A stretch of 45,517 nt of DNA from Acidimicrobiaceae bacterium (lineage in GTDB: Bacteria; Actinomycetota; Acidimicrobiia; Acidimicrobiales; MedAcidi-G1), in assembly GCA_002727895.1 (NCBI GenBank), contig PBUO01000057.1:18157-63673 (forward strand). The letters run 5' to 3'. Below the pieces are notes generated by a model. It was not told where the DNA came from and did no database searches. It saw only the letters and a list, made by a program, of their open reading frames with translations. Shown here piece by piece: positions 32,757-41,637 of this stretch; the first letter of the stretch is position 1, and every line of letters begins with the position of its first letter. A program made the translations under genes and the position numbers.

Positions 32757-33305
32757 TCAGCCACCGTGGTCGATCAGGTGGTCGACAACGGCCAGCAGCC
32801 AGACATGGTGGGTCATCTCAACGATGTTGTAGGCATCGCTATCCACCCAAAGGTCGACGTCACCCAAGCCTCGCATCGGATTATCTTTGGCAAACCCGGT
32901 GAGACATGCCAGCCCGAGTCCCATGGCGCGGGCCTGCTCGGCTCCCCGCACCATGTTCGGCGAAGCGCCGCTGCTGCTGACCAGCACAACGAGGTCCGAC
33001 GGATCCGCGTAGGCCTCGAGCGCTCGGGCCACCCAGTTCTCGTAACCAAAGTCATTGGCAAAGCAGGTAAGGAGATCGGCCTCGTTGAAGTTGACGGCTC
33101 GGATGCCAGCCGCTTTGGTGAGGTCAACCGAGACGTGACTGGCCATCGCCGCGCTCCCACCGTTGCCGGCGAGGATCACCTTTCCGCCGACTTTGGCCGC
33201 AGTCCTGAACATTTCGCCCAACCGCCGGAGTTCATCGTGGACCACGTCGTCTATAGCCGCGGCGAGCACCGTGAAGTAGCGGTTGAAATAGTCCTCTTCG
33301 CTCAC
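32757..33305 (-). CDS. SIS-domain sugar-phosphate isomerase (GmhA-like)
   Basis: The track ORF 32757..33452 is trimmed to the GTG at 33305, which is preceded by AAGGAG with an 8-nt spacer. The longer version would overlap the upstream GT gene. It has GmhA-like motifs GGKVILAGNGGSAAMASH, ANDFGYENW and VLVSSSGASPN. Confidence 0.7.
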   Translation of the reverse strand: MSEEDYFNRYFTVLAAAIDDVVHDELRRLGEMFRTAAKVGGKVILAGNGGSAAMASHVSVDLTKAAGIRAVNFNEADLLTCFANDFGYENWVARALEAYADPSDLVVLVSSSGASPNMVRGAEQARAMGLGLACLTGFAKDNPMRGLGDVDLWVDSDAYNIVEMTHHVWLLAVVDHLIDHGG

Positions 33306-33393
33306 CTCGCCGTCTCCTTGTGCCTCTTCCCAAATTCCAAGGGTAATGACCGGTCTGGCACCGCCATGCCATGTCCGCCGGGCGGCGAAGTGC

Positions 33394-34461
33394 CTAGCTG
33401 TCAGACCCCTGCCGTGCGACCTCCTCCACGAGGGACACGAACTCACGTGCATCAGCGGACCAGTCGTAGCGGTCCCGAACCGCCGCCCGGCCGTTCCGGG
33501 CGAAACGCTCCCGCAGGTCGGCGTCTCTCAAAAGTTCGATGGCCTCAACCAAGGCTCCCACATCCCCGTAGGGAACGACGATGCCGGCATCCGCGTGCTC
33601 CACGATCCGCCGCGCCACGGGGTTCGGCGTGGTTATCACCGGGACTCCCCGGGCCATGTACTCAAGGATTTTGGTCGGCACCGAGTCCCGGTAATTGGGC
33701 CGGTCGTCGAGGAGAGCGAGGCCAGCTTGCGCTCCCTCAATAGCAGACAAGGCGGACGGGTTAGGCACAAAGCCATGGACCCGAACGTCTTCCCGCTCTT
33801 GATCGAGGATCCGTTTGGCACTGGGATCGACCGGTCCATATAGATCTAGGGCGACACCGTCAACTGCGGCCACCGCGCCGAGCATCGTCTCCAGCCCCCG
33901 ACTGAGCGAAACACGGCCTAGGTAGACGACCCGGTCCGGGCCCGACGGGGCTACACGTTCGGGGACGACCGGGGTATTGCGAACTACTGGACGGTCACCA
34001 TGTCGCACCCGGTAGACCTCCTCGGCTAGAACCAGATGGAGTCGCCGCGCCACCCACCGTTCCCACGATCGGGCCGCCAGCGCGACTGCAGGACGGACCG
34101 GACCGGGTATCCATGCCTTGTCCCGGACCTGGGCCGGCAGGTCCTCGTGCATGTCGAAGATGGCAGGGCCGGTGATCGACCGTCGGAGCAGCGTGAGTTC
34201 CGGGTCGTGGAGGATGGTGACGGCCGCTGTCGGAGTCTCCTCGGCTAGTACCGAAGCAGCCCGTCGGAGGGCCGACCAGCGGCGGCGTCCCAAAGCGCGC
34301 GGCACTTCTCGGTGCACCAGGCCTGGCCGTTCCAGGTCTCGATCCGAAGAGGGCGCCACGTAAACGACCTCGTTCCCAGCAGCCAGCAGGGCCGGGATCT
34401 GCCGGTAATGAATCCGCGCGTCCTCCGGGTGGTGGACGATCGTGGCCACGACCACCTTCAC
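33394..34461 (-). CDS. GT4-family glycosyltransferase
   Basis: 355-aa ORF with the typical GT4 C-terminal region (PTKILEYMARGVPVITTPNPVARRIVEHADAGIVV). GTG start. Confidence 0.8.
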   Translation of the reverse strand: MKVVVATIVHHPEDARIHYRQIPALLAAGNEVVYVAPSSDRDLERPGLVHREVPRALGRRRWSALRRAASVLAEETPTAAVTILHDPELTLLRRSITGPAIFDMHEDLPAQVRDKAWIPGPVRPAVALAARSWERWVARRLHLVLAEEVYRVRHGDRPVVRNTPVVPERVAPSGPDRVVYLGRVSLSRGLETMLGAVAAVDGVALDLYGPVDPSAKRILDQEREDVRVHGFVPNPSALSAIEGAQAGLALLDDRPNYRDSVPTKILEYMARGVPVITTPNPVARRIVEHADAGIVVPYGDVGALVEAIELLRDADLRERFARNGRAAVRDRYDWSADAREFVSLVEEVARQGSDS

Positions 34462-34470
34462 GGGTGGTCC

Positions 34471-35739
34471 TCAGAGGCGTTCGACGTTCTCACCCACGAG
34501 CCGTCCGCTCGTGTCTAGGACAGCTGCCGCGTCATTGAGCACGTCTGAGTCGACCACCACCCGATGGGCCTGGAGCACCACGACGATGTCGGCGTCGGCC
34601 AGTCCGGTAGACGCTGCATCAACCGGACCGATCGAGGGAACGGGCTCTCCGTCGACCCAGAACTCCGGCACGTGGGGATCGAGATAGCCGACCTCGGCCC
34701 CCATCGACCGGAGCAGCGCGACGAGCGGGCGGGCCGGAGTCTCCCGGACGTCGCTGATGTCGGCCTTGTAGGAAACGCCGACCAGGACGACCTTCGAACC
34801 GTTGACCGCCTTGCGCTCCGCGTTGAGGGCATCCTGCACCCGCTTGGCCACATAGGCCGGCATCCTCTCGGACACCTCCTGTGCCAGTTCCACGAAGCGG
34901 AATCTGTAGCCCAGCGACCGCACCACCCACGAAAGGTAGTTGGGGTCGATCGGGATGCAGTGGCCTCCGACTCCCGGCCCCGGGTAGAACGCCTGGAAGC
35001 CAAAGGGCTTGGTGGATGCGGCCTCGATCGACGACCACAGGTCGATGCCCAGTTCATGGCAGAACACCGCCATCTCGTTGACCAGCGCGATGTTGACGTG
35101 CCGGTAAGTGTTCTCCAATAGCTTGGCCAGTTCGGCCTCCCGGAGGCCCACCGTGGGGACGACCTGGTCGACGAGGCGGCCGTAGAAGGTGGACGCGGCC
35201 TCGGTACATCCATCGGTCAGACCGCCCACCACCTTGGGGGTGTTCCGCAGGCCGAAGCGGGCATTCCCCGGGTCGATCCTCTCCGGGGAATACGCGAGGT
35301 GGAAGTCGTCACCGGCCACCAGACCGCTCGCTTCTTCGATGATGGGACGGACGCACTCCCCGGTGGTTCCCGGGTAGGTCGTCGATTCCAGAACGACGAG
35401 GGTCCCGGGGCGGAGGTTGGTCCCGACCGACCGCGATGCTGACTCCACCGCTCCCAGGTCGGGGGTTCCATCGTCCGACAACGGCGTCGGCACGCAGACC
35501 ACCACGACGTCCGCCTTCTCGATACACGACGCATCGGCGGTGGCGGAGAATCCATTGGCCAGCATCTCAGCAACGTCGGTGGCGTCGAGGTCGTCCACGT
35601 GAGAGTGGCCGGCGTTCAGGCCCTTCACCACCGACGAGGAGACGTCGAGGCCGGTAACCCGAAAGCCACACCGGCACGCCTCCTGGGCGAGCGGCAGGCC
35701 GACGTAACCGAGCCCGATGATGGTCAGAGAGTCAGCCAC
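34471..35739 (-). CDS. Nucleotide-sugar 6-dehydrogenase (UDP-glucose/GDP-mannose dehydrogenase family; WbpA/WecC/Cap5O-like)
   Basis: 422-aa ORF with the N-terminal LTIIGLGYVGLPLA Rossmann motif, the catalytic Cys context GPGVGGHCIPIDP, and a C-terminal UDP-binding domain. GTG start. Confidence 0.85.
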   Translation of the reverse strand: MADSLTIIGLGYVGLPLAQEACRCGFRVTGLDVSSSVVKGLNAGHSHVDDLDATDVAEMLANGFSATADASCIEKADVVVVCVPTPLSDDGTPDLGAVESASRSVGTNLRPGTLVVLESTTYPGTTGECVRPIIEEASGLVAGDDFHLAYSPERIDPGNARFGLRNTPKVVGGLTDGCTEAASTFYGRLVDQVVPTVGLREAELAKLLENTYRHVNIALVNEMAVFCHELGIDLWSSIEAASTKPFGFQAFYPGPGVGGHCIPIDPNYLSWVVRSLGYRFRFVELAQEVSERMPAYVAKRVQDALNAERKAVNGSKVVLVGVSYKADISDVRETPARPLVALLRSMGAEVGYLDPHVPEFWVDGEPVPSIGPVDAASTGLADADIVVVLQAHRVVVDSDVLNDAAAVLDTSGRLVGENVERL

Positions 35740-35758
35740 GATCAGTGGAGGCTAGCGG

Positions 35759-37270
35759 TCAGCCTGCGGATGCCTGTAGGGAGAGCCAGGCATCGGGTTG
35801 GGCGAGGTCGGCCACGGTGACCGAGTCGATGCGGTGGGCGCGACGGATCTCGCGAAGACGGCCCAGCAGGTGGTCCTCCCAGCTCTCCGGTCCGTCGTGG
35901 GAGGACCGCGATGGCACGACCTCGACCACCAACCCGCTCCGGGACCCGGTGAAGCGCCGAAGTTTTGGGTCGAGGACGAATTCCTCGTCCAGGTGCTCGG
36001 CCACGTCCGGCGGCGCCTCGGTGGTTACCAGCACCGGAGCGAATCCCGTGGCCCGATCCCTCTGCGTCACGAGGGAACGGACGACTCCGGCCACGCCGGC
36101 AGCGTCCATCCCCACGCACGATACGAGGACCCTCGGCCGCTGCTCCCGGAGCCCAGCCGGCATCCGCCCCGTGGGCGCAGCCCGGCCGGCCGCCGAGGAC
36201 GGCCCGCCGATCAGGTTGCCCAGACGCGCCACGTGTGCAACATGTGAGAACCGCTCGTCCACCACCCGGCGGCCCCTCTCGGAGGCCTCAAGCCAGGCCT
36301 GGGAATCCCGGTGGAGGGATGCGACCAGGTCGCCCACCCCGGCCGACTCGACGTACCGGCAGGCCTCGCCGAACAGGTCTTCGAAGTGTGGCGGGAGGAC
36401 GACCACGCAACCCGAAGCCAACGCCTCGATCACCGTCCGGCCGAAGGCCTCGACGAGGTCCGGGTGGTGGAAGTAGACGAAGAAGTCGACGCCGGCGAGG
36501 AAGTCCGCAGCGTCCATCGCCCCGAAGGGAAGTACTTCCCAACGATCGGGAACCTCGTCCAGCAGGCCCTCCAACCCATCGACCCCGCCCAATACCCGCA
36601 CGGTCGCAGAACCGTCGGTCGGATAGGCCTCGGCCAAAGTGGCCGCGTCCCCGGGCCACTTGAGCACGCTGGGGCGACCATGACGGCCGATCACCGGCAC
36701 CTCTCCCGAGGGTCCGGAGCGGTCCACCGAATACCTCGTCGGATCGATCACCTCCACCCAGTCGGCTTCGGCCAGGGGCACGCCGGTGCCTTTCAGGCTG
36801 CGACGGACCACAGGGCTGACCGGATGCCAGACGGCCGGACCGCCCAGGGCCTCGGTGACGTGTTCGTGCACGTCCGAGGGCACGTAGTGGACGGTTCCGT
36901 CACGGTCCTGCGGCACCTGCCCGACGAACACCACCCGGACGTCGGACCAGACGTTGAGCCGCCCGCCGATCGCGTCCCTCAGCACTGTCGGATGCTTGAC
37001 CACGGCCAACCGGCAATCGACCGGCTCGTCAGGTCGGACGAGGACGAGCCGACCGTCGTCGATCAGGCCTCGAACAGAAGGGTGGAAGGTCCGGTCCCTA
37101 CGGAGGCTGGTCGACCTGCACTGCAGCGCGCCGACCCGGTAGCCGGCGTTCACGGCGGCCACGGTCTCCTCCACCAGACTCGATGACGATCCACCTGGAA
37201 ACCTCAGGTCGGTCAGGTAGAGGACGTCGAGTTCGGTCCGGCCGGATCGCCCGACGGCGGCTTCTCCCAT
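35759..37270 (-). CDS. GT4-like glycosyltransferase with an extra ~130-aa C-terminal domain of unknown function
   Basis: 503-aa ORF with an ATG start at a divergent intergenic region. It has a GT4-like core (FFVYFHHPDLVEAFGRTVIEALASGCVVVLPP) followed by an unrecognised tail (RVLVSCVGMD...SVTVADLAQPDAW). Confidence 0.65.
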   Translation of the reverse strand: MGEAAVGRSGRTELDVLYLTDLRFPGGSSSSLVEETVAAVNAGYRVGALQCRSTSLRRDRTFHPSVRGLIDDGRLVLVRPDEPVDCRLAVVKHPTVLRDAIGGRLNVWSDVRVVFVGQVPQDRDGTVHYVPSDVHEHVTEALGGPAVWHPVSPVVRRSLKGTGVPLAEADWVEVIDPTRYSVDRSGPSGEVPVIGRHGRPSVLKWPGDAATLAEAYPTDGSATVRVLGGVDGLEGLLDEVPDRWEVLPFGAMDAADFLAGVDFFVYFHHPDLVEAFGRTVIEALASGCVVVLPPHFEDLFGEACRYVESAGVGDLVASLHRDSQAWLEASERGRRVVDERFSHVAHVARLGNLIGGPSSAAGRAAPTGRMPAGLREQRPRVLVSCVGMDAAGVAGVVRSLVTQRDRATGFAPVLVTTEAPPDVAEHLDEEFVLDPKLRRFTGSRSGLVVEVVPSRSSHDGPESWEDHLLGRLREIRRAHRIDSVTVADLAQPDAWLSLQASAG

Positions 37271-37438
37271 TTCAATCTTCTAGCAGAAAGCGAAGGCACA
37301 GACGATGGCACCGCGGCCGGCCATCCCGTCCGAGGTCGCTCTGGGCCGCACGGGATAAGTTGCGGCCGTGGTCTCGAGAACCTCGTCTTGCTCCTTTGCA
37401 TCAACCGCTCGGCCCTGTCCAGAGACCGTGAGGCCTCG
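37271..37438. promoter_or_regulatory. Divergent intergenic region (likely bidirectional promoter)
   Basis: 168-bp gap between the minus-strand start at 37270 and the plus-strand ATG at 37439. It is locally less GC-rich (ttcaatcttctagcagaaagcgaagg). GAGG lies 5 nt before the ATG. A TAAGTT (TANNNT-like) hexamer is present but unverified. Confidence 0.4.
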
Positions 37439-38395
37439 ATGAAGGTCGTCGTCACCGGCGGTGCTGGATTCGTCGGCGGAAACCTCGTCAGGCGCCTGGT
37501 CGGCGGGCCGGGTGTCGAGCAGGTTGTCGTGGTGGACGACCTGTCCTTTGGCTTCCCATCGAACCTCGACGGCCTCGACGTCGACCTCGTGGAAGGTTCG
37601 ATCCTGGACCCCGACGTCCTCGACCCGGCGATGGACGGCGCCTCGACCGTCGTCCATCTCGCAGCCCGGTCGTCAGTTCCCCGGTCGGTCGCCCATCCGG
37701 TCGCCGCACACGAAGCGAACGCAACCGGCACAGTCCGGGTCCTCGAGGCGGCCCGGCGGGCTGGTGGCGCACAGGTCATCGTGGCGTCCTCGTCCTCCGT
37801 CTACGGAGCCAACGAGGCACTCCCCAAGCACGAAGGCCTGGCAACCAGGCCGATCAGCCCCTACGCGGCATCCAAGCTGGCCACCGAGTCGTACGCCTTG
37901 GCATGGGGCCATAGCTACGGGCTCCCCGTCCTGGCCCTCCGCTTCTTCAACATCTTCGGGCCCCTCCAACCACCGCTGCACGCCTATGCGGCAGCCATCC
38001 CGTCCTTCCTGGCCGCCGCCTTCCAGGGGCTCCCCCTCCCGGTCCATGGAGACGGGACCCAGAGCCGGGACTTCACATACGTGGCCACGGCGGTCAACGT
38101 CATCGCCGAGGCGATCCATCGGCGCGTCCACCATCCCGAACCCGTCAACCTCGCCTTCGGCTCCCGAGTCTCCCTCCTCGAGGTGATCGAAAACCTGTCT
38201 TCAATCCTGGGCAGGGACCTTCCCATCGAACACCTCGAGCCACGGGTCGGGGACGTCCCGCGGTCACAGGCCGACGCCTCCACCCTGCAGAGCCTGTTCC
38301 CGTCGATCTCGCCGACGCCGCTCCGGGAGGGCCTGGAGCAGACCGTGGCGTGGTTCGAGTTGGCCCGCCCTTGGGAGCGCCTCGACGCCTCCTGA
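37439..38395 (+). CDS. NAD-dependent sugar epimerase (GalE/WbpP-like extended SDR)
   Basis: The track ORF is trimmed to the ATG at 37439 (MKVVVTGGAGFVGGNL). It has SSSSVYG and the PYAASK catalytic motif. Confidence 0.8.
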   Translation: MKVVVTGGAGFVGGNLVRRLVGGPGVEQVVVVDDLSFGFPSNLDGLDVDLVEGSILDPDVLDPAMDGASTVVHLAARSSVPRSVAHPVAAHEANATGTVRVLEAARRAGGAQVIVASSSSVYGANEALPKHEGLATRPISPYAASKLATESYALAWGHSYGLPVLALRFFNIFGPLQPPLHAYAAAIPSFLAAAFQGLPLPVHGDGTQSRDFTYVATAVNVIAEAIHRRVHHPEPVNLAFGSRVSLLEVIENLSSILGRDLPIEHLEPRVGDVPRSQADASTLQSLFPSISPTPLREGLEQTVAWFELARPWERLDAS

Positions 38396-38410
38396 TCGCC
38401 CCGGGGCCAG

Positions 38411-39487
38411 TCAGTCCCGTTCCGATGCAGCGCGATGCTCGACAAAGCGAAAGTGCCGTCGCCCACTCTCCGGGTAGACCGGCACGAGACTCAGGAGTCC
38501 GGCGATTCCTGCCGCGGTGGCCACGACCAACCCGGCCAACAGCCAGGCGGACACCGAGTCCACGCGACTGATGACGTAGGCGATGATTCCGGCACTGGCA
38601 GAGCCGAAGTACGTCAGTCCGACGGCGATCGGGACCGGGATCCCGCTCCGGACCAGCCGATGGCTGACATGGTCCTGACCGCCTTGGAACGGGCTCCGGC
38701 CGGTGGCCAGACGGCACAGGGTGACGAGCGTGGTATCGGTGATCGGCAGGGCGCAGATCACCACGGGGACGAGGAATGAACCGGCCACCGAATCGTCGAA
38801 ACGCAACTTGATCCCCAGGTAGGCGACCAGGAACCCAAGGAAGAGCGCTCCCCCGTCCCCCATGTAGATGCGGGCCGGGTGGAAGTTGTGTCGGAGGAAG
38901 CCCAATGCGCACCCCGACAGGCCGACGGCCAGGGCGGCAACGAGGAACTGGCCGTTGCCAACCGCCACCAGGAAGATCGCCCCGGCACAGATGACCGCCT
39001 GGCCGGCCGCCAGCCCGTCCATGTTGTCCAGCAGGTTGAACGCGTTGACGATCCCCACCACCCAGAGGATGGTCAGGGCGAGGTCGACCAGGTCTCCGCT
39101 GGCCATGCGGACGCCCTCGTCCATCGCCCAGACCTGCACGGCACACAACACCTCGACGGCCAGCCGGACAATCGGGGAAAGGTCCCAGAGGTCATCGGCC
39201 AGACCCACCACTGCGAGGCCCACGGCCATCAGGAGGACCACCACGAGCTCGTCCAGACCGCTCTCCGGCCGTTCCACAAGTGCGGCGACGACCACCGCTG
39301 CGGCAAAGGACACGACGATGGCCAGCCCTCCCAGGTATGGGGTGGGCGACTCGTGGCTCTTGTGTCCCCCGGGCTGGTCGAGGATCCCATTGCGGGTGGC
39401 CAGGGCCATGGCCACCGGAGTGAGGATCAGGCAGAGCACGGCCGAAGCGGTAAAGATGCTCAGGTACTCCCACCAGATTCCCGTCAT
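38411..39487 (-). CDS. Polyprenyl-phosphate:HexNAc-1-phosphate transferase (MraY/WecA/WbpL family, initiating transferase)
   Basis: 358-aa multi-pass hydrophobic ORF with the motifs PTPYLGGLA and VNAFNLLDNMDGLAAG. Confidence 0.85.
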   Translation of the reverse strand: MTGIWWEYLSIFTASAVLCLILTPVAMALATRNGILDQPGGHKSHESPTPYLGGLAIVVSFAAAVVVAALVERPESGLDELVVVLLMAVGLAVVGLADDLWDLSPIVRLAVEVLCAVQVWAMDEGVRMASGDLVDLALTILWVVGIVNAFNLLDNMDGLAAGQAVICAGAIFLVAVGNGQFLVAALAVGLSGCALGFLRHNFHPARIYMGDGGALFLGFLVAYLGIKLRFDDSVAGSFLVPVVICALPITDTTLVTLCRLATGRSPFQGGQDHVSHRLVRSGIPVPIAVGLTYFGSASAGIIAYVISRVDSVSAWLLAGLVVATAAGIAGLLSLVPVYPESGRRHFRFVEHRAASERD

Positions 39488-39494
39488 GCTCCCC

Positions 39495-40454
39495 CTAGCG
39501 TTGCTGGTGCGCGATCACCGCCTTGATGATCCCATCCAGGTCCTCCGAGGGGTGGAACCCCACCAACTCCCTGGCTCGGGTGGTGTCGGGGACACGTCGC
39601 TGCATGTCCTCGAACCCCTCCTCATAGGCCACGTCGTAAGGGATGAACTCGACGGAACTCGACGATCCTGCCAGCCGGATCACCCGCTCGGCGAGATCGC
39701 TCATCGAGATCTCCTCGGAGCCGCCGAGGTTGAAGACCCGGCCGAAGGCCTCAGGCTCCTCGGAGAGGACCAGGATTCCGCCGACCACGTCGTGGACGCT
39801 GCAGAAGCACCTTGTCTGGGAGCCATCCCCAAAAACGGTGAGGGGTTCGCCGCGCAACGCCTGGGTCACGAAACGTGGGATGACCATTCCATAGCTCCCG
39901 GTCTGGCGGGGCCCGACCGTGTTGAAGAGCCGGACGATGACCGTCTCGAGGCCCTTCTCCCGCCAGTACGTGTAGGCCAGGATCTCGTCGATGGCCTTGG
40001 CCTCCGAATAGGACCACCGGCTCTTGAGCGGCGACCCGAGGATCCGGTCGTCATCCTCCGACAGGCGGTCGGAGACGTTCTTTCCATAGATCTCCGACGT
40101 TGAGGCCACGAGCGTCCGTCGCCCGTACTTGTGTGCCTTCTCGACCACCACCTCGGTCCCGCGGATGTTGGTCATGAGGCTCTCAAGCGGCTTCTCGACG
40201 ATCAGATTGACGCCGACCGCGGCGGCGAGGTGGTACACCACGTCGCACCGCGACACGACGTGGTCGACCAGGTCTGCGTTCAGGATGGAACCAAGGACGA
40301 ACTCGGCGTCCGGGTTCCCGGTCAGGTGCTCGATGTTGGCCAGTCGACCCGTCGATAGGTCGTCGAGGAGCACCACCTGGTCACCCCGGTCCAACAGTCG
40401 GTCGGCGAGATGGGAACCGATGAAGCCCGCCCCACCGGTGATCAACGCGCGCAT
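39495..40454 (-). CDS. NAD-dependent epimerase/dehydratase (UXS/ArnA-C-terminal-like extended SDR)
   Basis: 319-aa ORF with ITGGAGFIGSHL, STSEIYG, YSEAK and RLFNTVGPRQ. Confidence 0.75.
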   Translation of the reverse strand: MRALITGGAGFIGSHLADRLLDRGDQVVLLDDLSTGRLANIEHLTGNPDAEFVLGSILNADLVDHVVSRCDVVYHLAAAVGVNLIVEKPLESLMTNIRGTEVVVEKAHKYGRRTLVASTSEIYGKNVSDRLSEDDDRILGSPLKSRWSYSEAKAIDEILAYTYWREKGLETVIVRLFNTVGPRQTGSYGMVIPRFVTQALRGEPLTVFGDGSQTRCFCSVHDVVGGILVLSEEPEAFGRVFNLGGSEEISMSDLAERVIRLAGSSSSVEFIPYDVAYEEGFEDMQRRVPDTTRARELVGFHPSEDLDGIIKAVIAHQQR

Positions 40455-40494
40455 CGCCCGAGCCTACCGCCGGGGTCCCGTCGGGTAGGGAGGA

Positions 40495-41637
40495 TCAGGC
40501 ACCGAGGAGACGGCCGTAGAGGTCCTCGTGATCCCGGACCAGTCGTCGCACCCCGAAACGTTCGCGGGCCCGTTCCGCGGCGGCCGTCCCCATCGACGCT
40601 CGACGTCCCTCGTCGACCACCAACTCGGCGAGTGCCTCGCCGAGGGCCTCCGAGTCGGCGGCCACCACCAGACCGGTGACGCCATGGGCCACCACCTCGG
40701 AGGCACTTCCGACATCGGTTGTCACTCCAGGTACTCCGGCCATGGCAGCCTCGATGAGGGTCACCGGCATCCCTTCGTTGTCAGAACTGATCACCACAAG
40801 GTCGGCCGCCGCGTAGAGGGTGGCGATCTCGGCCTGCCAACCGAGGAGGCGGACCGACTCGCCCATCGGTGCCGCCCATCGCCGGACGTCGTCCGCGAGG
40901 TCACCCTCGCCGGCGATGGCCAGGACCGCTCTGGGTGCCCTGGCCAGGACGCGCTCGAAGGCCTCCAGGAGGCGGTCGACCCTCTTGATGACGGTGAGCC
41001 GACCGACGAAGAGCACCACTGGACGATCGACAGGCAACCCGAGGTGTCGCCGGGCCTCCACCTGGTCGACCGGCTCCGGCTCCGCCACTCCCGGGGGGAT
41101 GACCACGTGGTCGTCCATCCGCCCGATGCCCGCTTCCACCAGTTCGCCGCTGACCCTCTCCCCCACCACCACGAAGGCGGTGGTCACGAAGGCCAGGACA
41201 CGCTCCACCAGTCGGACCAACGCACTGCCCACCGCCCCGAAGTAGCCGTGGAGGACGTGGCCGTGGAAGGTGTGGACCCGGATCGGCACCCGGCCGACCA
41301 GCGCTGCCACCCGACCGAGGGCCCCCGCCTTCGCCGTGTGGGTGTGGACGACATCGGGCCGGTAGTCCCGAACCTCCCGGACGAGTGCCAGGAGGGCCCG
41401 CAGGTCACCAAGAGGCCCGGGCGACCGTCCGAGGCCCGGCACCACGGTCACCGGGAGGTCCGGGTCCCGGAGTTCGAGGAAGTCCGCCTCGTCCTCCTCG
41501 GTCGTCCCGACGACCAGGCGGGTCTCGTACCGCTCGGGGTCCAGGCCCCGGGTAAGGACGCTGGCCTGCCAGGCCGGGCCTCCTACGTTCATCCGGGCGA
41601 TGACCCTCAACACGCGGATTCGGTCCAAGGCGCTCAC
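40495..41637 (-). CDS. GT4-family glycosyltransferase
   Basis: 380-aa ORF with VHTHTAKAG in the N-domain and SDNEGMPVTLIEAMAGVPGVTTDVGS (EX7E region). GTGA overlap with the asnB-like stop at 41634-41637. Confidence 0.8.
   Translation of the reverse strand: MSALDRIRVLRVIARMNVGGPAWQASVLTRGLDPERYETRLVVGTTEEDEADFLELRDPDLPVTVVPGLGRSPGPLGDLRALLALVREVRDYRPDVVHTHTAKAGALGRVAALVGRVPIRVHTFHGHVLHGYFGAVGSALVRLVERVLAFVTTAFVVVGERVSGELVEAGIGRMDDHVVIPPGVAEPEPVDQVEARRHLGLPVDRPVVLFVGRLTVIKRVDRLLEAFERVLARAPRAVLAIAGEGDLADDVRRWAAPMGESVRLLGWQAEIATLYAAADLVVISSDNEGMPVTLIEAAMAGVPGVTTDVGSASEVVAHGVTGLVVAADSEALGEALAELVVDEGRRASMGTAAAERARERFGVRRLVRDHEDLYGRLLGA

Noticed and set aside
38398-38407. Palindrome GCCCCGGGGC between convergent genes, considered as a bidirectional intrinsic terminator
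   Set aside because: It is only 10 nt with no loop and no flanking T/A tracts. It is too short to call a terminator.
38868-40103. 411-aa plus-strand ORF, and the 333-aa minus-strand out-of-frame ORF 38145..39146, overlapping the WecA-like and UXS-like genes
   Set aside because: Both span two real genes or lie out of frame with them. They are Arg/Pro/Ala/Thr-rich and lack motifs. The annotated frames carry the WecA (NAFNLLDNMDGLAAG) and SDR signatures.
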